Shown: piece after piece, positions 11,207 to 25,668 of the stretch
Numbering within the stretch: the first letter of the stretch is position 1
Layout: each line of letters starts with the position of its first letter
From: Eledone cirrhosa
Taxonomy: Eukaryota
Length of the DNA stretch: 64,000 nt
Direction of reading: 5' to 3'
Assembly (NCBI GenBank): GCA_964016885.1
Contig: OZ024764.1
Coordinates: 11,904,001-11,968,000, forward strand
Notes under the pieces: generated by a model
Seen by the model: only the letters and a program-made list of their open reading frames with translations
Told to the model about the DNA's origin: nothing
The model's database searches: none
Made by a program: the position numbers and the translations under genes

Positions 11207-13328
11207 GCCAGCTCAGCGCCTATGGTGGTGAGTAGGGAGGTAGACCTAGGGCCGAGGACACCAGAAGTCTCCACTGCTACAGGTAGCCAGCTCAGCGCCT
11301 ATGGTGGTGAGTAGGGAGGTAGCCCTAGGGCCGAGGACACCAGAAGTCTCCACTGCTACATGTAGCCATCTCTGCACCTATGGTGGTAAGTAGGGAGGTA
11401 GCCCTAGGTCAAAGGACACCAGAAGTCACCACTGCTACAGGTAGCCAGCTCAGCACCTATGGTGGTGAGTAGGGAGGTAGCCCTAGGGCCGAGGACACCA
11501 GAAGTCTCCACTGCTACAGGGAGCCAGCTCTGCACCTATGGTGGTGAGTAATGAGGTAGCCCTAGGGCCGAGGACACCAGAAGTCACCACTGCTACAGGT
11601 AGCCAGCTCTGCACCTATGGTGGTGAGTAGGGAGGTAGCCCTAGGGCCGAGGACACCAGAAGTCTCCACTGCTACAGGTAGCCAGCTCAGCGCCTATGGT
11701 GGTGAGTAGGGAGGTAGCCCTAGGGCCGAGGACACCAGAAGTCTCCACTGCTACAGGGAGCCAGCTCTGCACCTATGGAGGTGAGTAATGAGGTAGCCCT
11801 AGGGCCGAGGACACCAGAAGTCACCACTGCTACAGGTAGCCAGCTCTGCACCTATGGTGGTGAGTAGGGAGGTAGCCCTAGGGCCGAGGACACCTGAAGT
11901 CTCCACTGCTACAGGTAGCCAACTCTGCACCTATGGTGGTAAGTAGGGAGGTAACCCTAGGGCCAAGGACACCAGAAGTCTCCACTGCTACAGGTAGCCA
12001 GCTCTGCACCTATGGTGGTGAGTAGGGAGGTAACCCTAGGGCCAAGGACACCAGAAGTCTCCACTGCTACAGGTAGCCAGCTCTGCACCTATGGTGGTGA
12101 GTAGGGAGGTAACCCTAGGGCCAAGGACACCAGAAGTCTCCACTGCTACAGGTAGCCAGCCCAGCACCTATGGTGGTGAGTAGGGAGGTAACCCTAGGGC
12201 CGAGGACACCAGAAGTCTCCACTGCTAGAGGTAGCCAGCTCAGCACCTATAGTGGTGAGTAGGGAGGTAGCCCTAGGTCAAAGGACACCAGAAGTCTCCA
12301 CTGCTACAGGTAGCCATCTCTGCACCTATGGTGGTAAGTAGGGAGGTAGCCCTAGGTCAAAGGACACCAGAAGTCTCCACTGCTACAGGTAGCCATCTCT
12401 GCACCTATGGTGGTGAGTAGGGAGGTAGCCCTAGGGCCGAGGACACCAGAAGTCTCCACTGCTACAGGTAGCCAGCTCTGCACCTATGGTGGTAAGTAGG
12501 GAGGTAGCCCTAGGGCCAAGGACACCAGAAGTCTCCACTGCTACAGGTAGCCAGCTCTGCACCTATGGTGGTAAGTAGGGAGGTAGCCCTAGGGCCAAGG
12601 ACACCAGAAGTCTCCACTGCTACAGGTAGCCAGCTCTGCACCTATGGTGGTGAGTAGGGAGGTAGCCCTAGGGCCGAGGACACCAGAAGTCTCCACTGCT
12701 ACAGGTAGCCAGCTCTGCGCCTATGGTGGTGAGTAGGGAGGTAGCCCTAGGGCTGAGGACACCAGAAGTCTCCACTGCTACAGGTAGACAGCTCTGCACC
12801 TATGGTGGTGAGTAGGGAGGTAGCCCTAGGGCCGAGGACACCAGAAGTCTCCACTGCTACAGGTAGACAGCTCTGCACCTATGGTGGTGAGTAGGGAGGT
12901 AGCCCTAGGGCCGAGGACACCAGAAGTCTCCACTGCTACAGGTAGACAGCTCTGCACCTATGGTGGTGAGTAGGGAGGTAGCCCTAGGGCCAAGGACACC
13001 AGAAGTCTCCACTGCTACAGGTAGCCAGCTCTGTGCCTATGGTGGTAAGTAGGGAGGTAGCCCTAGGTCAAAGGACACCAGAAGTCTCCACTGCTACAGG
13101 TAGCCAACTCTGCACCTATGGTGGTAAGTAGGGAGGTAGCCCTAGGTCAAAGGACACCAGAAGTCTCCACTGCTACAGGTAGCCAGCTCTGCACCCATGG
13201 TGGTGAGTAGAGAGGTAGCCCTAGGGCCGAGGACACCAGAAGTCTCCACTGCTACAGGTAGCCAACTCTGCACCTATGGTGGTAAGTAGGGAGGTAGCCC
13301 TAGGGCCAAGGACACCAGAAGTCTCCAC
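11207..13328. repeat. 79-bp GC-rich minisatellite, ~27 copies
   Basis: Unit gccagctctgcacctatggtggtgagtagggaggtagccctagggccgaggacaccagaagtctccactgctacaggta. Confidence 0.95.
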
Positions 13329-13729
13329 CGCCAAGGGTACAACCGCAAACCTGTCGGAGAGCAGCTGGTATTTGTATATTATATAAAAATGACTTCTACA
13401 AAACTAGAACTGTTTAATTCATGATGACTTCATATGAATGAAACAGTTCTTGTCTTGTAGAAGCCATTTTTATACAAAATAAAGATGCCTACACTATACC
13501 AATGTATTGAGTACCTTTTTTTAAGTGTAGTCACCTCCTGACACCCATCGGGACTGCACCCTTAATTATATATATAAACACACACACAGCACACATATAT
13601 ATATATATATATATACACACACATTGACACACACACACATATATATATATATATACACACTCACATATATATATATATATAAATATATACATACACATTC
13701 ACACACACACATATATATATATATACACA

Positions 13730-16020
13730 CAACTACCAACCGAACCACCACCAACACCAACACCAACAACAATATACCAACCACTACCCCAACAACTGCA
13801 CAACAACCACCAACACTACACCACGGCAACCACCAACACCAATACAACTACCACCCACACCAGCCCAACAGCAACCACCAACACCAACACTATACCACCA
13901 ACACCACCATCAATTCTACTACCACTACCAACACCCACACAATCTTCAATGCTACCACTACCACCACTATGCCACCACCACCACCACCACCACCCACACA
14001 ACCACCACTATACCACCACCACCACTACCACTACCACAACTACCACTACCACAACTACCACCATCAATGCTACTACCATCACCACCCACACAACCACCAC
14101 TATACTACCAACACTACACGACCACCGCCATCAATGCTACTACTACCACTAGACCACCACTACCCACACAACCCCACCACCACCACCACTACCACCGACA
14201 CCCACACATCCAGCACCAGCACCACTACCACCAACACAACCAGCACCAGTACCACCACCACCACTACCACTACCACCACCACCACTACCACCAGCACCAG
14301 CACCACTAACACAACCAGCACAAGCACCACCACCACTACCACTACCACTACCACCACTAGCACCACCACCACTACCACTACCACCACTACCACCACCACT
14401 ACCACCAACACAACCAGCACCACTACCACTACCACCACTAGCACCACCACCACTACCACTACCACCACCACCACCACTACCACTACCACTACCACCACCA
14501 CTACCACCAACACAACCAGCACCACCACCGCTACCACTACCACTACCACCACCACCACTACCACCACAAGCACCACCACCACTACCACTACCACCAACAC
14601 CCACACAACCAGCACCACCACTACCACCAACACCCACACCACCACCCACACCATCACCCCACCCACCCTCCATAATAAACCATTCACAAAGACCCACACA
14701 ATAGGTTTATCCTAACGAACCCTGCAATTATTATCAAATCTCCTTTAGAGAAAATATTTTTACTGACTCAGCATTTCATGTTGTGTTGGTGGTGGTGGTG
14801 GTAGGGGTGGTAGTGGTGATGGTGGTGATGGTGTGGTGGTAGTGGTGGTGGTAGTGATGGTGGTAGGGGTGGTGGTGGCGGTGGTGTGGTGGTAGTGGTG
14901 GTGGTAGTGGTGGTTGTGTGGGTGGTGGTGTGGTGTAGTGGTGGTGATGGTGTGGTGGTAGTGTGGTGGTGGTGGTGTGGTGGTGGTGATGATGTGGTGG
15001 TGGTGGTAGTGTAGTGGAGGTGTAGTGTAGTGGTGGTGGTGTAGTGGTGATGATGGTGGTAGTGTAGTGTCGTGGTGGTGGTGGTGGTGATGGTGGTATA
15101 GTGGTGGTGGTGTAGTGGTGGTGGTGTAGTGGTATAGTAGTGGTAGTAGTGTAGTGGTGGTGTTAACATATGTGTGCTAACAGCTCTGTATGTGTGTGTA
15201 TGTGTGTTAGTAGATGGGTGTATATGTCTGTGTGCATGTGTGTAAGTAAGTGGATGTGTGTTAATAGATGGGTGTATATGTCTGTGTGTGTGCGTGTGTG
15301 TAAGTGGATGTGTGTGTTAATAGGTGTGTGTGTGTGTGTTAATATATGGGTGTATATGTCTGTGTGAGTGTGTGTGTATATGTCTGTGTGTGTGTGTATG
15401 TAAGTGGATGTGTTAATAGATGGGTGTGTGTGTGTGTGTGTGTGTTAATAGATGGGTGTGTGTGTGTGTGTGTTAATAAATGGGTGTATATGTCTGTGTG
15501 AGTGTGTGTGTATATGTCTGTGTGTGTGTGTATGTAAGTGTGTGTGTGTAAGTGGATGTATCAATCAAAATATTTGCATTCAGAAGGTCACATTCTGAAC
15601 ATTCCATCATCATCACCATCATCATCACCACCATCACCACCATCACCATCATCATCACCATCGCCATCATCACCATCACCATCATCACCACCACCATCAC
15701 CACTAACATCACCATCATCACTAACATCACCTCCATCACCACCACCACCAACCATCACCACCACCATCATCACCACCACCACCACCACTACCAACCATAA
15801 CCATCACCAACACCGCCGCCACCATCATCACTAACACCACCACCACCACCACCACCACCACTACCATCACCACTAATACCACCACCACCATCACCAACAT
15901 CACTAACATCACCACCACCAGTACCAACGTCACTAACATCACCACCACCACCACCACCATTATCAGCAATATCGCTAACATCACCATCATCAACACCGTC
16001 AGTAACCCACCCCACCCCAC
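13730..16020. repeat. CAC/TAC, GTG and CAT microsatellite fields
   Basis: Direct reading. C-rich 13730-14670 and G-rich 14785-15160 face each other. Confidence 0.9.
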
Positions 16021-16275
16021 CACAGCCATAATCGACATCAATTTCATTATTATATCAGAAATCCTACCATTACTATCAAAGCATCATCATCATCATCATT
16101 TCATTTTACATCTGCTTTTCCCTGCTTGCAAGGGTGGGACGGGAACTGATGCTGGCTTGATTTCTACAGCTGGATGCCCTTCCTAACACCAACCTCATTT
16201 ACAGTGAGTGCTGGGTGCTTTTTTGCAGTGGCACCTCCACGACCACTTATATATATATATATATAATATAATATT

Positions 16276-16306
<31 letters not shown>

Positions 16307-16939
16307 TGGGTGATGTGTTGTTTCCTTGAGCAAGACACTTTATTTCACATTGCCCCAGTTTACTCAGCTGTAGAAATGAGATGATAGGGACTGGGGTCCC
16401 TATCATTCCACTGCAAAGTGGTCGTGGAGGTTCCACGGAAAAAAAAAAAAAGCACCCAGCACTCACTGTAAATGAGGTTGGTGTTAGGAAGGGCATCCAG
16501 CTGTAGAAATCAAGCCAGAATCAGTTCCCGTCCCACCCTTGCAAGCAGCGAAAAGCGGACGTAAAATGATGATGATGATGATGATGATGATGATATATAT
16601 ATATATATATATTTAATACATTAACAGAGAAAGCTTTAAGCAATACTCCGACCCGCTTCCGTCTCACTCAACAAACATTAGGATATACCTTAGTATAATC
16701 CCAATTTAGTGTTTGGGGTGCTAACTATACAAATTTTGCGGATAGCCAGTTGTATTATTTTATATGAGACATAATTAAATACATCTCTCTTTCCAAACGA
16801 TCGTTTCATTATAAGTGTTCTACAAGTTGGGAAAATAATGTCCAGGTTATGTAGAAGCCTACACATAGTCCATAGGAATATATATATATATATATACGAT
16901 ATTAACAAATAGGGAAACTATATTTATAAAACCATATTT

Positions 16940-17002
16940 ATTTCATTATACATATTTCAAGGACACCAAGTTAAATTATGGTGTGCTTTCATCAGATAAA
17001 AT
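16940..17002 (-). ncRNA. Minimal type-I hammerhead motif, family A
   Basis: Near-identical reverse-complement copy of 478-540, within a longer shared dispersed repeat. Confidence 0.62.
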
Positions 17003-17167
17003 ATAATATAGAGCAGTTTTATAAATAAATATTGACATACCCTTAAAGAATGCAACCATTACTGTTGGAAGCTCCTGGATAGTTTTTACTCCAATTATTT
17101 GTTGAGTGCTTTATATCAGTTATAAAAATATTTGCTTGTTGTATCCCAACAATTTAAATAGAACTTT

Positions 17168-17214
<47 letters not shown>

Positions 17215-17430
17215 CATCATCATCATCATCAGTGTTTAACGTCTGTCTTCCACACTAGCATGAGCTTAGACGGGAATTGTCCCACTTGAAGCAAGATTGG
17301 TGTGGGTGAGTGTATGTATATATATATATAAATATATATGTACACTCACCCACACCAAGCATGTATTTAATATAGAAATGGCTTCTACAGGACTAGAACT
17401 GTTTCATTCGAAGAAAATCATCATGAAAGT

Positions 17431-17480
17431 GCTTTCCTGATGATTTCCTTCGAGTGAAACAGTTCTTGTCCTGTAGAAGC
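17431..17480 (+). ncRNA. Type-I hammerhead motif, family B, abutting an inverted core-mutated copy (17381-17430)
   Basis: gctttc-CTGATGA-tttccttcgagt-GAAA-cagttcttgtcctg-TA-gaagc. Confidence 0.58.
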
Positions 17481-17561
17481 CATTTCTATATTAAATATTT
17501 ATACTCTGCTATGTATTGAAACTGGGGTACATATATATATACACAGTATATATACACACAG

Positions 17562-17624
<63 letters not shown>

Positions 17625-17661
17625 TAAATCCAATGTATATGAATTAGTATGTATTATAGAG

Positions 17662-17726
<65 letters not shown>

Positions 17727-18318
17727 GGAAAAGAATGAAATGAAATTTAATATAAATGAAATATATACATACTACTGTACGTCTGTATACATATATGTAT
17801 GTGTGTATACATACTTACATTTAAGTATCAGCCGTACTATGAGTGAGAAATGAAATTTCATTTCATTCTTTTCCATTTATCGTTTTCGGTGTGCCCAGCC
17901 GACTAACTCACTCGATATGCAAATTAGGCTGCTCAGCCGTTAATATGCATAAGGAAAGTATATACTTTCAAACGTTCAATCATCTGAAAGGAAGGTATAC
18001 GATGCTAATAAGCTTGAAACTAGTACATCGTTCCTTTGCCAGTGTTGAACAAAAGGGCGACGATGGTTGCCGAACACTGTACGGCTTAATTCGGACTGTT
18101 TGTTTACAAACAAACTGAACATCATAATAAATGTTTGGTAAACCCATACGTACATATATATATGTGTGCATGTATGTATATATATACATACTACTGTACG
18201 TCTGTATACATATATCTATGTACGTATACATACTTACATTTATATATTTATATATTTATATATATATATATATATATATGCCTGTATGTGTGGATGTAGA
18301 TGTATGTTTATATATATA

Positions 18319-18420
18319 CAGGATGTAACAAAAAAAATGTATACACATTTCAACAGCATTCTAATAAATATTGCCTATACAGGAAATCAAAGTATTTATA
18401 CATTTTTGGGGGACACCCTG
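18319..18420. mobile_element. ~100-bp Tc1/mariner-type MITE (second copy)
   Basis: Same internal sequence (gcattctaataaatatt) and ggacaccctg-TA end. Confidence 0.7.
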
Positions 18421-19181
18421 TATATAAATATATATATATATATGTGCGTGTGTGTGTGTGTGTTACATAGATGATATAGATATATCCATATGTAGTTTGC
18501 TTGAAATAGCATTCTTTTTTAGAAGGCAACAGCTAATAAAATGGGACATTAATTTCTTAAACTCTTCTTTTGAGAAGAGGATTTCATGCTGAAATGTTAA
18601 GGGATTTTAAACACCTCTATGAGAGCATTACAACATCTTTGTTATAATTATTTTCTTATATTCAATGATCTTTATATATTGCTATAAACTTCTAAAAATA
18701 CATACTACGTTCAACACACACAAACATATATATGTGAGTATATACATCGAGACATATATACATATATACATATAAACATATATATAGATATATATATGTA
18801 TTTTATAATGGTTAAAATAATATATATTTACTGTACTGTTATCATTTCTGTGTTTCGTATCTGTTTACTTTTCATACACACACATACAAATAGATATATG
18901 TATACATACATGCGTACATATAGATCTACATATGTATGTACATATATAAATATATATATACATACATACATATAAATAAATACATATATACATATATGGA
19001 AACATATAAACATACACATTTATACAAATACATATATGTATATATATGCAGAGGTTGTATTTAATTTGTTGGGATTCAACAAGCTTAAACATTTTATAAC
19101 TGATATAAAGCACTCAACAGTTTAGTGGAGTAAATACACAATATATTAATAAATGGAAACTATATATATGAAACCATATTT

Positions 19182-19245
19182 ATTTTATTATACATATTTC
19201 AAGGGCAACCAAGGTAAATTATGGTGCGCTTTCATCAGATAAAAT
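19182..19245 (-). ncRNA. Minimal type-I hammerhead motif, family A (left arm of palindrome)
   Basis: Near-exact reverse complement of 19365-19428. Confidence 0.65.
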
Positions 19246-19364
19246 ACAGATTTGGTTTATAAATAAATATTGACATACCCGGAAAAAAAAGACAACCTTA
19301 ACGGTTGGAGTAAGGTTGTCTTTTTTTCCGGGTATGTCAATATTTATTTATAAAGCAAATCTGT

Positions 19365-19428
19365 ATTTTATCTGATGAAAGCGCACCATAATTTGCCTTG
19401 GTTGCCCTTGAAATATGTATAATAAAAT
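19365..19428 (+). ncRNA. Minimal type-I hammerhead motif, family A (right arm of palindrome)
   Basis: attttat-CTGATGA-aagcgcacca...tggttgccctt-GAAA-tatgta-TA-ataaaat. Confidence 0.65.
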
Positions 19429-19473
19429 AAATATGGTTTCATAAATGTAGTTTCCATTTATTAATATATTGTG

Positions 19474-19541
<68 letters not shown>

Positions 19542-19593
19542 ATTCCTATGTATCAATCCATATGTGTGTATATATATATATTCATACACACGC

Positions 19594-19625
<32 letters not shown>

Positions 19626-19888
19626 GTATGTGTATATATACATGTGTCTGTATATGTATATATATACATACACACATATATATATACATATATATGTGTG
19701 TGTGCGTGTATGTATACATACATCAAGACACGCACACATATATATATATATATATATATATGCATATATATATATGTGTGTGTGTGTATGTATATATATA
19801 TATATATATATACACATACATACATAAGTGTATATGTATATATATTTGTGGATGTGTGTATATGTGTATATCTGAATATATGTGTGTG

Positions 19889-20065
<177 letters not shown>

Positions 20066-20200
20066 ATATATATGTATATATATATACATACATATATATA
20101 TATATATTATGTGTGTATGTATATATATATATATGCATACATATATATACATATACATATATATATGTATATGTATATATATATATACATATATGTATAA

Positions 20201-20244
<44 letters not shown>

Positions 20245-20432
20245 ATACACATACATATATATATGTATATATATATATATATGCACGCATATGTATATAT
20301 ATACATATACATACATACATACATATACATATATACACATACACACACATACATACATACACACACACATACATACATACATACACATATATACACATAT
20401 GTATATACGATATGATTATATTGTCTATATAC

Positions 20433-20600
20433 CTCCATCACGACACATGCCATTGGTACAATTGCTGGTGTCCAAGTCCGTTCCGTCACAGTACTCCCCA
20501 CCATATGTAGGCTCAGGGTTGTCGCACGACCTACGCCTGTGATGGACGCAGTCCGGGGAGCAAGTGGACCACGAAGACCAAGTTGACCACACACCTTGCA
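20433..20600 (-). CDS. unc5: UNC-5-like exon, thrombospondin type-1 repeat 2
   Basis: tcaacag|TG...GGAG|gtatat, 168 nt, phase 1-1. [56 protein letters not shown]. The donor is weaker than the others. Confidence 0.93.
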
Positions 20601-20649
20601 CTGTTGAATACAAAGACAGAAGGTCGTAGGGTCAATGAGGGACAGAGCC

Positions 20650-23600
20650 AGCTGGACAGTTAGTGTGTATGTGTGTGTGTATATATGTGTGTGTATGTAT
20701 CTGTGTATATATGTAGTGTATATAGTGTATATAGTGTATAAAATGTAAATGTATATATAGCATATATATTATGTTGGCAAATAGTATGTATATAGTATGT
20801 ATATAGCTGGACAGTTAGTGTGTATATATGTATATATATGTAGTGTATAAAATGTGTATGTATATATAGCATATAGATTATGTTGGTAAATAGTGTGTAT
20901 ATAGCTAGACAGTTAGTGTGTATATATGTATATATATGTAGTGTATAAAGTGTATGTATATATAGCATATAGATTATGTTGGCAAATAGTATGTATATAG
21001 TATGTAGATATCTAGACAGTTAGTGTGTACATATGTATATATATGTAGTGTATAAAGTGTATATAGTGTATAAAATGTAAATGTATATATAGCATATATA
21101 TTATGTTGGCAAATAGTGTGTATATAGCTGGACAGTTAGTGTGTATGTGTGTATGTGTGTGTGTATATATGTAGTGTATATAGTGTATATAGTGTATAAA
21201 ATGTGTATGTATATATAGCATATATATTATGTTGGCAAATAGTGTGTATATAGCTGGACAGTTAGTGTGTATGTGTGTATGTGTGTGTGTATATATGTAG
21301 TGTATATAGTGTATATAGTGTATAAAATGTGTATGTATATATAGCATATATATTATGTTGGCAAATAGTGTGTATATAGCTGGACAGTTAGTGTGTATGT
21401 GTGTATGTGTGTGTGTATATATGTAGTGTATAAAGTGTATATAGTGTATAAAATGTAAATGTATATATAGCATATATATTATGTTGGCAAATAGTATGTA
21501 TATAGTATGTATATAGCTGGACAGTTAGTGTGTATATATGTATATATATGTAGTGTATGTAGTGTATAAAATGTGTATGTATATATAGCATATATATTAT
21601 GTTGGCAAATAGTGTGTATATAGCTGGACAGTTAGTGTGTATGTGTGTATGTGTGTGTGTATATATGTAGTGTATATAGTGTATATAGTGTATAAAATGT
21701 GTATGTATATATAGCATATATATTATGTTGGCAAATAGTGTGTATATAGCTGGACAGTTAGTGTGTATGTGTGTATGTGTGTGTGTATATATGTAGTGTA
21801 TAAAGTGTATATAGTGTATAAAATGTAAATGTATATATAGCATATATATTATGTTGGCAAATAGTATGTATATAGTATGTATATAGCTGGACAGTTAGTG
21901 TGTATATATGTATATATATGTAGTGTATAAAGTGTATATAGTGTATAAAATGTAAATGTATATATAGCATATATATTATGTTGGCAAATAGTATGTATAT
22001 AGTATGTATATAGCTGGACAGTTAGTGTGTATATATGTATATATATGTAGTGTATGTAGTGTATAAAATGTGTATGTATATATAGCATATAGATTATGTT
22101 GGTAAATAGTGTGTATATAGCTAGACAGTTAGTGTGTATATATGTATATATATGTAGTGTATGTATATATAGCATATAGATTATGTTGGCAAATAGTGTG
22201 TATATAGCTGGACAGTTAGTGTATATATATGTAGTGTATAAAGTGTATGTATATATAGCATATAGATTATGTTGGCAAATAGTATGTATATAGTATGTAT
22301 ATAGCTGGACAGTTAGTGTGTATATATGTATATATATGTAGTGTATGTAGTGTATAAAATGTGTATGTATATATAGCATATAGATTATGTTGGCAAATAG
22401 TGTGTATATAGCTGGACAGTTAGTGTGTATATATGTATATATATGTAGTGTATAAAGTGTATATAGTGTATATAGTGTATAAAATGTAAATGTATATATA
22501 GCATATATATTATGTTGGCAAATAGTGTGTATATAGCTGGACAGTTAGTGTGTGTATATAGCTGGACAGTTAGTGTATATATATGTAGTGTATATAGTGT
22601 ATGTATATATAGCATATAGATTATGTTGGCAAATAGTGTGTATATAGTTGGACAGTTAGTGTATATATATGTAGTGTATAAAGTGTATGTATATATAGTA
22701 TATAGATTATGTTGGCAAATAGTGTGTATATAGCTGGACAGTTAGTGTATATATATGTATATATATGTATATATATGTAGTGTATATAGTGTATAAAGTG
22801 TATGTATATATAGCATATATATTATGTTGGCAAATAGTGTGTATATAGCTGGACAGTTAGTGTGTATATATATGTATATATATGTATATATATGTATATA
22901 TATGTATATATATGTATATATATGTATATATATGTAGTGTATAAAATGTGTATGTATATATAGCATATATATTATGTTGGCAAATAGTGTGTATATAGCT
23001 GGACAGTTAGTGTGTATGTGTGTGTATATATATGTATATATATGTATATATATGTAGTGCATAAAGTGTATATAGTGTATAAAATGTAAATGTATATATA
23101 GCATATATATTATGTTGGCAAATAGTGTGTATATAGCTGGACAGTTAGTGTGTATGTGTGTGTATATATATATATGTAGTGTATAAAGTGTATGTATATA
23201 TAGCATATATATTATGTTGGTAAATAGTGTGTATATAGCTGGACAGTTAGTGTATATATATGTAGTGTATAAAGTGTATAAAATGTGTATGTATTATGTT
23301 GGCAAATAGTGTGTATATAGTATGTAGATATCTAGACAGTTAGTTTGTATATATGTATATATATGTAGTGTATATAGTGTATAAAATGTGTATGTATACA
23401 TAGCATATAGATTATGTTGGCAAATAGTGTGTATATAGCTAGACAGTTAGTGTGTATGTGTGTATATATATGTAGTGTATAAAGTGTATGTATACATAGC
23501 ATATAGATTATGTTGGTAAATAGTGTGTATATAGCTAGACAGTTAGTGTATATATATGTATGTATATGTAGTGTATAAAGTGTATGTATACATAGCATAT

Positions 23601-23900
23601 AGATTATGTTGGTAAATAGTGTGTATATAGCTAGACAGTTAGTGTATATATATGTATGTATATGTAGTGTATAAAGTGTATGTATATATATAGCATATAG
23701 ATTATGTTGGTAAATAGTGTGTATATAGCTGGACAGTTAGTGTGTATATATGTATATATATATATGTAGTGTATATAGTGTATAAAGTGTATGTATATAT
23801 GGCATATATATTATGTTGGTAAATAGTGTGTATATAGCTAGACCGTTAGTGTGTATATATATGTATATATATGTAGTGTTTATAGTGTATAAAGTGTGTA
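20650..23900. repeat. Variable-length satellite with fixed cores and microsatellite spacers
   Basis: Alternating cores gctggacagttagtgt and tagcatata(t/g)attatgttggcaaatagt. Confidence 0.9.
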
Positions 23901-24166
23901 TATAATGGTCAGTTAAGGTGTGTATATATAAAAATATAGATGTAGTGTATATAGTATATATTTAGTGTATATATATATATATATATAAATATATATATAT
24001 TTGTGTAGTGTATAAAGTATGTAGTAATTAGTGTGTGTATAGTGTATATTATAGAGTATATATATATATATATATATACATGTATATATATACACACATA
24101 TATATACATATATATATATATACATAAACATACACATATATATATACATCCCTAACAGTGAACGTG

Positions 24167-24210
<44 letters not shown>

Positions 24211-24392
24211 CACATATATATATATATATATATACACATACACACATATATATATATATATATATACACATACACACAAATATATATATATATGTATGTA
24301 TATATACATATATATGTATTCACATATACATATATAGATATTATATAAACATATACATACAAGAGCATGTACATGCAAATATATATGTATAT

Positions 24393-24432
<40 letters not shown>

Positions 24433-24514
24433 CAAGACAAAGATCGAGAGACAGACAGACAGAAAGAGAGTAGGGTAAATCAATAGGGAAAAGATAGAAA
24501 GTTAAAAGGATAGA

Positions 24515-24565
<51 letters not shown>

Positions 24566-24822
24566 AACAGCCAGCTCACATGCAATATATGAAGAAGGCA
24601 GGGGGGCAGGTTAACAGTGGTGACAGGTGTTGGTAGTGGTGTTGGTGGTGTGATGAAAGTCAAAAAGCTGGTTTATCTACCACATCATATATATATATAT
24701 ATTTGTATACAAACACACACAAAGACTATATGTATGTATATATATGTTTGTTATATATATATATATATAAATTATATATATATATATATTATATATATTA
24801 TATATATTATATATTATATATT

Positions 24823-24864
<42 letters not shown>

Positions 24865-25001
24865 TATATATATATTATATATTATATATATATATTTATA
24901 TTATATATATATATATATATTTATATTATGTATGTATATTTATATTATATATATATGCATGTGTGTATGTATATACATATGCATGTATATATGTGTATTT
25001 G

Positions 25002-25040
<39 letters not shown>

Positions 25041-25201
25041 TCTCATATATACTTACCTACACATACCCCAACACACAGATACATATATGTATCTTCAATA
25101 TACATAAACGCATGCATATATAATATATACACACATGTATATACTCTATACATAAAAAGGAAACCGATCTATATTGAATATATCTATGTGTATACACAGA
25201 C

Positions 25202-25232
<31 letters not shown>

Positions 25233-25233
25233 C

Positions 25234-25348
<115 letters not shown>

Positions 25349-25366
25349 CATATACATATATATATA

Positions 25367-25434
<68 letters not shown>

Positions 25435-25438
25435 TATA

Positions 25439-25469
<31 letters not shown>

Positions 25470-25521
25470 GATTCAGAGAATTACTAATAAACAACTAAAT
25501 ACATACATTTATGCATATATA

Positions 25522-25620
25522 CAGGGTGTCCCCCAAAAATGTATATACACATCCAGAGCATTCTAATAAATATTACCTGTACAGGTAATCGAAGTGTGTA
25601 TACATTTTTGGGATACCCTG
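25522..25620. mobile_element. ~100-bp Tc1/mariner-type MITE
   Basis: TA-cagggtgtccc...gggataccctg-TA. A related copy is at 18319-18420. Confidence 0.75.
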
Positions 25621-25668
25621 TATATACATATATACACACACATACATACATTTATATATATATATATA

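Noticed and set aside
11207-13328. CRISPR-like regular array
   Set aside because: Units are contiguous near-identical repeats with no unique spacers, no cas genes, and the context is eukaryotic.
14721-14742. Possible microexon taaag|GAGATTTGATAATAATTGCAGG|gttcgt (minus)
   Set aside because: 22 nt is frame-shifting and the donor is weak.
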